64,000 bases of DNA from the human T2T-CHM13v2.0 reference genome, Homo sapiens. The notes beneath the pieces were generated by a model. It was not told the DNA's origin. It did not search any database and saw only the letters and a program-made list of their open reading frames with translations. Location of the stretch: the NCBI RefSeq assembly GCF_009914755.1, contig NC_060940.1, one strand, 5' to 3'. The position numbers and the translations under genes were made by a program. Shown one piece after another: positions 54,549-64,000 of the stretch. Numbering within the stretch: position 1 is the stretch's first letter; each line of letters opens with the position of its first letter.

Positions 54549-57500
54549 GAATGATTCCATCTCTCTCCCTTCGATGATTCCATTTGATTCCATCTGATGA
54601 TGATTTCACTTGATTCCTTTCAATGATGATTCCATTCATGTCCATTCGATGCTTCCATTGGAGTCCAAACGATCATTCCATTCGATTCCATTCAATGATG
54701 ATTCCATTCATGTTCATTCGATGAATCCATTCAATTCCATTCGATGATGACTCCATTCGAGTACATTCGATGATTCCATTTGATTCCATTTGATGATGAT
54801 TCCATTCAATTCCATTCGAAGATGATTCCATTCAATTCCATTCGATGATGATTCTGTAAGAATCCATTCTCTGATTATTCCATTCGATTCCATTCATGAC
54901 CATTTGGTGATTCCATTCGATTTCATTCGTTGATGATTCCATTCGAGTCCATTCCATGATTCCATTCAAGTCCATTTGATGATTTCTTTGAATTCAATTC
55001 GATGATGATTCCATTCGAGTCCATTCGATGATTCCATTCTGTTCCAGTCGATGATGATTCCATTCGAGTCCATATGATCATTCCATTTGATTTCATTCGA
55101 TGATGATTCCATTCGTTTCCATTCGATGATTCCATTCTATTCCATTCGATGATGATTCCATTCGAGTCCGTTCGATGGGTCCATTCGAGTCCATTTAATG
55201 ATTCCATTGGGTTCAATTCAATGATTATTACATTGGATTCCGTTCTATGATTCCATTCCATTCCGTTCATTGACAATTTGATTCCATTCGATGATGATTC
55301 CATTTGAGTTCATTCGATGATTCTATTCGATTCCATTCGATGGTGATTCAATTCTATTATATTGGATGATTCCACTCGATTCCATTTGATGATTATTCCA
55401 TTGGAGTCCACTTAGTGAATCCTTTAGATTCTACTCGAAGATGATTCCATTCGAGTCCATTCGATGATACCATTCAATTCCATTCGTTGATGCTTCCATT
55501 CAAGTGCATTCGATGATATCATTCGATTCCATTTGATGATAATTCCATTTGATTCCATGCGATGATTCTATTCGATTCCATTCAATGATAATTCCATTCA
55601 ATTCAGTGATTCCTCTGGACTCCATTTGATGATGATTCCATTCAATGATTCCATTCGATTCTATTCGAAAATGATTCCATTTGAATACATTTGATGATGA
55701 TTCCATTAGATTCCATTTGATGATTCCATTCGATTCCATTCGACGATGATTCCATTCGATTCCATTTGATGATTCCATTCTATTCTATTCGATGATGATT
55801 CCATTCGATTCCATTCGATGATGATTGGATTCGATTCCATTTGATGATTTCATTTGATTCCATTCGTTAATGATTTCGATCAATTCCATTCGATGATTCC
55901 ATTCGATTCCATTCGATAATGATTACATCCGAGTCCATTCGATGATTCCATTTGAGCCTGTTCGATAATTCCATTTGAGTCCAATCAATGATTCCATTCA
56001 TTTCATTCAATGATTCCATTCGAGTCCATTTGATCATTCCGTTAGGGTCCATTCGATATTGATTCCATTGGAGTGCATTCGATGATTCCATTCGAGTCCA
56101 TTTTAGGATTTGATTCGAGTCCTTTCGATGATTCCATTCGATTCCACTCGATGATGATTTCATTCGAGTCCATTCGACACTTACAATCGATTCCATTTGA
56201 TGTTTCCATTCGAGTCCAATTGATGAGTCCATTCAATTCCATTCGATGATGGTTCCGTACGATTCCATTCTGTGATGATTCCATGTGATTGCATTCAATG
56301 ATGATTCCTTTCGATTGCATTCGATTATGATTCATTTCGTGTTCATTCTATGGTTCCACAGGTTTCCATTCGTGTCCATTCCATTATTCCATTCTATTCC
56401 ATTTGATGATGATTCCATTCGATTCCATTCATTGGTGATTCCACTCAATTCCATTCAATGATTCCATTCCATTTCTTTCAACAATGATTCCATTAGTTTC
56501 TATTCGATGATCCACTTGATTCCATTTGACAATTATTCCATTCGTGTCCATTCGATGATTCCATTTGATTCCATATGATGATGATTCCATTCGATTCCAT
56601 ACGATGATGATTCCATTCAAGTCCATTCAATGGTGATTCCATTCAATTCCATTCGATGATTCCTTTCTATTCCATTCGATGATGATGGCATTCGATTCCT
56701 TTCGATCATTCCCTTTGATTCCATTCAAAGGTGATTTCATTCAAGTCCATTCGATAATTGCATTCGAGTGCATTTGATGATTCCATTCGATTCCATTCGA
56801 TGATGATTCCATTTGATTCCATTTGATGTTGATTCTATTCGATTCTATTCAATGATGATTCCATTCGATTTCATTTGATGATTCTATTCCATTCCATTCG
56901 ATGATGATTCAATTCTCTTCCATTGGATGATTCCATTTTATTCCATTCGACGATGACTCCATTTGATTCCATTCAATGATGATTCCATTCGATTCCATTC
57001 GGTGATTCCATTTGATTCCATTCGACGGTGAGCAATTTGATTCAATTCCATAATGATTCTATTTGATTCAATTAGATGATGTTTCCATTCGAATCCATTC
57101 GATGATGATTCCATTGGTATCCATTCGACGATGATTCCATATGAGTCAATTCGATGATGATTCCATACGAGTCCGTTGGATGATAATTCCATTTGATTTC
57201 ATTCAATCCTTCTATTCGATTCCATTTGATGATGATTCCATCTGAATCCATTCTCCGATTCCATTCGATTTCATTCGATGCTTCTATTTGATTTCATTCG
57301 AAGATGATTCCTTTCAATTCCATTCATTAATTCCATTTGATTCCATTCGATGATGATTCCATCCGATTCCATTGGATGATGATTCCATTCGAGTCCATTC
57401 GATGATTCCGTTCTAATGCATTCTATGATTCCATTCGAGTCCATTCGATGATTCCATTCGATTCCATTCAGTGATGATTCCATTTGATTCCATCTGATGA

Positions 57501-60500
57501 TGATTTCATTTGATTCCATTCGATGATGATTCCATTGGAGTCCATTGAATGATTCAATTCAATTCCATTCCATGTGGATTCCATTCGAATTCATTCGATT
57601 ATTCCATTCAAATCCCTTCGTTGATTCCATCTGATTCCACTTGACGATGATTCCATTCAAGTCCAATCGATGATTCCATTCGGTTCCATTCAATGATTCC
57701 ATTCGAGTCCATTTATGTATTATATTCGTGTCCACTTGATGATTCCATTCAATTCCATTTAATGATGATTCCATTTGATTCCATTTGATGATTCAGTTCG
57801 ATTCCTTACAATGATTCCCTACGATTCCTTTCTATGATGATTCCATTCGATTCCATTCATTGATGATTCCATTCGACTCCATTCAATGATGATTCCTTTC
57901 GATTCCATTTGACGATGTTTCCATTTGAGTCCATTCGATGATGATTCAATTCAGTTCTGTTCTATTATGAATCCATTCGATTTCATTCAATGCTTCTATT
58001 TGATTCCATTCGACGATGATTCCATGTCTTTCCCTTCGATGATTCCATTTGATTCCATTCAGTGATGATTCCATTTGATTCCATCTGATGATGATTTCAC
58101 TTGATTCATTTCAATGATGATTCCATTCAAGTCCATTCGATGATTCCATTGGAGTCCAAATGATCATTCCATTCGATTCCATTCAATGATGATTCCATTC
58201 ATGTCCATTCAATGAATCCTTTCAATTCCATTCGATGATGACTCCATTCGAGTACATTCGATGATTCCATTTGATTCCATTTGATGATGATTACATTCAA
58301 TTCCATTCGAAGATGATTCCATTCAATTCCACTTGATGATGATTCCGTATGAATCCATTCGCTGATTATTCCATTCGATTCCATTCATTGACGATTCCAT
58401 TCGATTCCATTCAATGATGATTCTCTTCTATTCCATTCGATGATTCCGGTCGATTCCATTCGATGATGATTCCATTAGATTCCATTCGATTGTTGCATTC
58501 GATTCCCTTCGATGATGATTCCTTTGAATTCCATTCGATTATGATTCCGTAGGAATCCATTTGATGATTATTCCATTGGATTCCTTTCGATGATGATTCC
58601 ATTCGATTCCATTTGATGATGTTTCTCATGTATTCCATTTGATAATTCCTTTCAATTCCCTTCGATGATGATTCTTTCGAGTCAATTGGATGATTCTATT
58701 CCATTCCCTTCGATGATGATTCCATTTCACTCCATTCGATGATTCCATTCGATTCAATTTGGTGATGATTCAATTCGATGACATTCGATGACTCCATTCA
58801 ATTTCATTTGATGATGATTACATTCGAGTCCATTTGATGATTGTATTCCTTTCCTTTTGATGATTATTCCATTCGTGTGTATTCAAAGATTCCATTCTAT
58901 TCCATTCAATGATGATTCCAATTGATTCCATTCAATGATTATGGCTATCGATTCCACTCGTTGATTCCATTTGATTCCATTCGATGATTATTCCGTTAGA
59001 TTCCATTAGGAGATTCCATTCGATTTTATTCAATGATTCCAATTGATTCCATTCAATGATGATTCCATTCGACTCCGTTCAGTGATTCCATTTGAGTCCA
59101 TTTGATGATTCCATTCGAGTCCATTTGATGATTCCATTCTTTTCCATTTGATGATGATTCCATTAGGGTCCATTCAATGATTCCATTCGAGTCCATTCGT
59201 TAATGCCTTTCGAGTCCTTTTGATCACTACATTCGAGTCCATTCAATGATTCTATTCGATTCCATTCCATGATGATTCCATTCGAGTTCATTCGATGATT
59301 GCATTCGAGTCCATTTGATGATTCCATATGATTCCATTCGACAATGATTCCATTCGTGTCCATTTGATGATTCCATTCATTTCCTATCGATGAAGATTCC
59401 ATTCGAGTGTATTCGATGATTCCATTCAAATCCATTCGATGATGATTCCATTCCAGTCCATTCGATCATTCCACTTGATTCCATTTGATGACTATTCCAT
59501 TCAAATCCATTTGATGATTCCATTCGATTCCATTCGATGTTACCATTCGAGTATATACGATGATACCACTCGATTCCATTTGATGATTATTCCATTGGAG
59601 TCGACTTAGTGAATCCTTTAGATTCTACTCGAAGATGATTCCATTCGAGTCCATTCGATGATACCATTCAATTCCATTCGTTGATGCTTCCATTCAAGTA
59701 CATTAGATGATATCATTCGATTCCATTTGATGATAATTCCATTTGATTCCATGTGATGATTCTATTCCATTCCATTCAATGATAATTCCATTCAATTCAG
59801 TGATTCCTCTGGACTCCATTTGATGATGATTCCATTCAATGATTCCATTCGATTCTATTCGAAAATGATTCCATTTGAATCCATTTGATGATGATTCCAT
59901 TCGATTCCATTTGAGGATTCCATTCGATTCCATTCGACGATGATTCCATTCGATTCCATTTGATGATTCTATTCTATTCTATTCGATGATGATTCCATTC
60001 GATTCCATTCGATGATGATTGGATTCGATTCCATTTGATGATTTCATTTGATTCCATTCGATGATGATTTCGATCAATTCCATTCGATGATTCCATTCGA
60101 TTCCATTCGATAATGATTACATCCGAGTCCATTCGATGATTCCCTTTGAGCCCGTTCGATAATTCCATTTGAGTCCAATCAATGATTCCATTCATTTCCA
60201 TTCAATGATTCCATTCGAGTCCATTTGATCATTCCGGTAGGGTCCGTTCGATGTTGATTCCATTGGAGTGCATTCGATGATTCCATTCGAGTCCATTTTA
60301 GGATTTGATTCGAGTCCTTTCGATGATTCCATTCGATTCCACTCGATGCGATGATGATTTCATTCGAGTCCATTCGACACTTCCAATCGATTCCATTTGA
60401 TGTTTCCATTCGAGTCCAATTGATGATTCCATTCAATTCCATTCGATGATGATTCCGTACGATTCCATTCTGTGATGATTCCATGTGATTGCATTCAATG

Positions 60501-63500
60501 ATGATTCCTTTCGATTGCATTTGATTATGATTCATTTCGTGTTCATTCTATGGTTCCACAGGTTTCCATTCGTGTCCATTCCATTATTCCATTCTATTCC
60601 ATTTGATGATGATTCCATTCGATTCCATTCATTGGTGATTCCACTCAATTCCATTCAATGATTCCATTCCATTTCTTTCAACAATGATTCCATTAGTTGC
60701 TAATCGATGATCCACTTGATTCCATTTGACGATGATTCCATTCTTGTCCATTCGATGATTCCATTTGTTTCCATATGATGATGATTCCATTCGATTCCAT
60801 ACGATGATGATTCCATTCGAGTCCATTCAATGGTGATTCCATTCAATTCCATTCGATGATTCCTTTTGATTCCATTTGATGATGATGGCATTCGATTCCT
60901 TTCAATCATTCCCTTTGATTCCACTCAAAGGTGATTTCATTCAAGTCCATTCGATAATTGCATTCGATTCCATTCTATGATGATTCCATTCGAGTCCATT
61001 TGATGATTCCATTCAATTCAAGTCAATGATGATTCCATTCGATTCCATTCGATGATTCCATTGGATTCCATTTGATGATGATTCCATTCAAATCCATTCG
61101 ATAATTCAATTCAAGTCCATTCGATGATTATTCCAATCGAATCCATTCAAAGATTACATTCAATCCCATTCGATGATTCCCTTAGATTCCATTCGATGAT
61201 TCCACTTGATTCCATTTACGATGATTCCATTCGATTCCATGTGATGATTCCATTCAATTCTATTCAATGATGTTTCCATTTGATTCCATTCGACCATGAT
61301 TGCCTTTGATTCCATTCAATGATTCCATTCGGTTCCGTTTGATGATGATTCCGTTCGATTCCATTTGATGATTCCATTTGATTCCATTGGATGAGTCTAT
61401 TTGATTACATTCGATGATTATTCCATTCGAGTGCATTAGATGATTCCATTCGAGTGCATTAGATGATTCCATTCGAGTCCATTCGATGATTCCATTCGAT
61501 TCCATTCGATGTTGATTCTGTTCAAATCCATTCGATGATTCCACTCGATTCCATTCGATGACTCCATTTGATCCCATTCGATGATTTCCTTTGATTCCCT
61601 TTGATGATCATTCCATTTGATTCAATTCGGTGATTTCATTTGATTCCATTCAGTGATGTTTCCATTCGACTCCATTCGATGATGATTCCATTCGACTCCA
61701 TTCGATTATGATTTCATTCAATTCCATTCGATAATGATTCCCTTCGGGTCCATTCGATGATTTCATTCGATTCCGTTCAACGATGATTTCATTCGTGTCC
61801 ATTCGATGATTCCATTTGATTCCACTTGATGATGATTCCATTCGAGTCCATTTGATGATTCCATTCAATTCCATTCTCCGATGATTTCTTTTGAGCCCAT
61901 TCAATGCTTCCACTCGATTCCATATGATGATGACTACATTCGATGAAATTCGATGATGATTCCATTCGCTTTCATTCGATGATGATTCCACTTGAGTCCG
62001 TTAGAAGTTTCTGTTCAATTACATTCCATGACGATTCCGTTAGAGTCCATTTGATGATTCCATTAGACTCCATTCGAGGATGATTCCATTCGATGTTATT
62101 CGATGATTCCATTCGATTTCATTCGATGATGATTCCATTCAACTCCATTCGATGTTTCCATTCGAGTTCATTCTATTAATCCATTAGATTCCGTTCGATG
62201 ATGATTCCATTCGATTCCATTTGATGATTGCATTCTATTTCATTTGATGATGATTCCATTCGAGTCCATTCGATGATTCCATTCGAGTCCATTTAATGAA
62301 TCCATTGGTTTCAATTCTATGATGATTACATTGGATTCCATTCGTTGATGATTTCATTCGATTCCATTCAATGATGATTCCATTCAATTCCTTGCAATGT
62401 TTCCATTCAATTCCATACGATGATGATTCCATTTGATTTGATTCGACAGTGAGCCATTCGATTCAATTCCATGATGATTGTATTTGATTCAATTGGTTGA
62501 CATTTCCATTCGATTCCACTCGATGATGATTCAATTTGATTCCATTCTAGCCCATTCAATCATTCCATTCGATTCTATTCAATGATGATTCCATTCATGT
62601 CGATTTGGTGATTCCATTTGACTTCATTTGATGATGATTCCTTTCAAGTTCATTAGATGATTCCATTCGATTCCATTTGATGATGATCTCATTCGAGTCC
62701 ATTCCGTGATTCCATTCCTTTCCATTCCATGATGATTCCATTCCATTCCATTCAATGATTCCATTCGATTCCGTTTGATGATGATTTCTTTCGAGTCCAT
62801 TTGATGATTCCATTCGATGATGATTCCATTCGGGTCCATTAGATGATTCTATTCGAATCCATTTGATGATTTCTTTTGATTATAGTTGGTGATGATTCCA
62901 TTGGAGTCCATTCAATGATTCCATTCGATTCCAATCGATGATTATTCCATTAGAGTCCATTTAATGATTCCATTTGATTCCAGTCTGATGATTACATTCG
63001 AGTCCATACGATGATTCCACTCAATTCCATATGATGATGATTCCATTCGATTCCATTCGATGATTCCATTCTATTCTATTCAATGGTGATTCCATTCGAG
63101 TACATTAGATGATTCCATTCGATTCCATTCAATGATGATTCTATTTGTGTCCCTTAGATGATTCCACATGATTCCATTAGATGATGATACTATTTGAGCC
63201 CATCCAATGATTCCCTTCGATTCCATTCGATGAGGATTCCATTCGATTCAATTCATTGGTGATTCTATTCAATGCAATTCTTTGATTCCATTCCGTTCCA
63301 TTCGACAATGATTCCATTCTATTTCTTTCGATGATTCCACTCGATTCCACTTGACATTGATTCCATTCGATTCCATTCAATGATTCCATTTGATTCCAGT
63401 GGATGATGATTGCCATCGATTCCATTTGATAACTCCATTCTATTCCATTTGATGATGATTACATTCGATTCCATTTGATGATTCCATCTGATTCTATTCA

Positions 63501-64000
63501 AGGATTCCAATTGATCCCATTCGATGATGATTCCATTCGAGTCCATTCGATGATTTCATTCGAGTACATCCAATGATTCCATTCGAGTCCATTTGATGAT
63601 TCCATTTGATTCCATTTGATTATGATTCTACTAGAGTCCATTCAATGACTCCATTCGAGTCCATTCAACAATTCCATTCGAGTCCATTCGATGATTCCAT
63701 TCGATTCCATTTGATGATTCCATTCGAGTCCATTTAATCATTACAGTCGAGTCCATTTGGTGATTCCACTGGATTTCTTTTGATAATGATACCATTCAAT
63801 TACATTTGATGATGATCCCATTCAATTTCATTTGATGATGATTCCATTAAAGTCCATTCGATGATTTCATTCGAGCCCCTTCATTGATTCCATCCGATTT
63901 CATTTCATGATGACTCCATTCGAGTCCATTCGATGATTCCACTCGATTCCATTAGATGATTCCATTGGAGTCCATTTGATTGTTCCATTCGATTCCATTC
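54549..64000 (+). repeat. HSat2/HSATII block 3, inverted (CATTC strand on +), runs off window end
   Basis: Units read ATTCCATTCGATGATG / ATTCCATTCGAGTCCATTCG; the MESSNGIEW-type ORFs move from + to - after 54.5 kb. Confidence 0.95.
55375..60965. repeat. Dispersed direct duplication of ~1.4 kb (55375-56770 and 59570-60965) in the inverted HSat2
   Basis: Lines at 56341 and 60541 are identical (GTTCATTCTATGGTTCCACAGG..., offset 4200); CTTAGTGAATCCTTTAGATTCTACTCGAAG at 55411 and 59605. Confidence 0.88.

Noticed and set aside
50500-58500. Perfect giant palindrome/cruciform centred on the strand switch
   Set aside because: Sequence immediately left and right of 54548 is not a specific mirror image beyond 8 bp; the high-identity inverted partners lie several kb away.
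2729-63546. Hundreds of short ORFs with MESSNGIEWNH-type peptides
   Set aside because: They are translations of GAATG-derived units (ATG GAA TCA TCG AAT GGA). They overlap in all three frames and flip strand with the satellite, with no exon or domain evidence.
2534-64000. HSat3 call, or assignment to a specific chromosome
   Set aside because: The 23/26-bp units with CATCAT and GACTCG fit HSat2. HSat2 next to divergent alpha occurs in several pericentromeres, so chromosome and species need a database search.

Overview
Primate (most likely human or great-ape) pericentromeric heterochromatin with no credible genes. Layout: 1-2533 is AT-rich non-satellite DNA carrying an ERVL-type LTR fragment and a full-length Tigger3a-like MITE. 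2534-9393 is diverged classical satellite II (HSat2/HSATII, GGAAT on +). 9394-29668 is an island of about 118 alpha-satellite monomers (171 bp, alternating A/B dimers of 342 bp, SF2-like). 29669-~54548 is HSat2 again (GGAAT on +), and from ~54549 to the end HSat2 is inverted (CATTC on +). All ORFs in the track are by-products of satellite periodicity. I found no new protein- or RNA-based system. The notable content is structural: (i) an apparently perfect 6,316-bp (37-monomer) tandem duplication with a 19-bp breakpoint homology, which is either a nascent higher-order repeat or an assembly artefact; (ii) a sharp HSat2 strand switch on an ATTCGAAT palindrome, where the inverted side is a mosaic of high-identity inverted copies of cassettes 5-30 kb away; (iii) microhomology junctions between alpha and HSat2; (iv) layered older duplications and CENP-B box decay. 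Coordinates and identities were read by eye and from ORF-track offsets, not from alignments.
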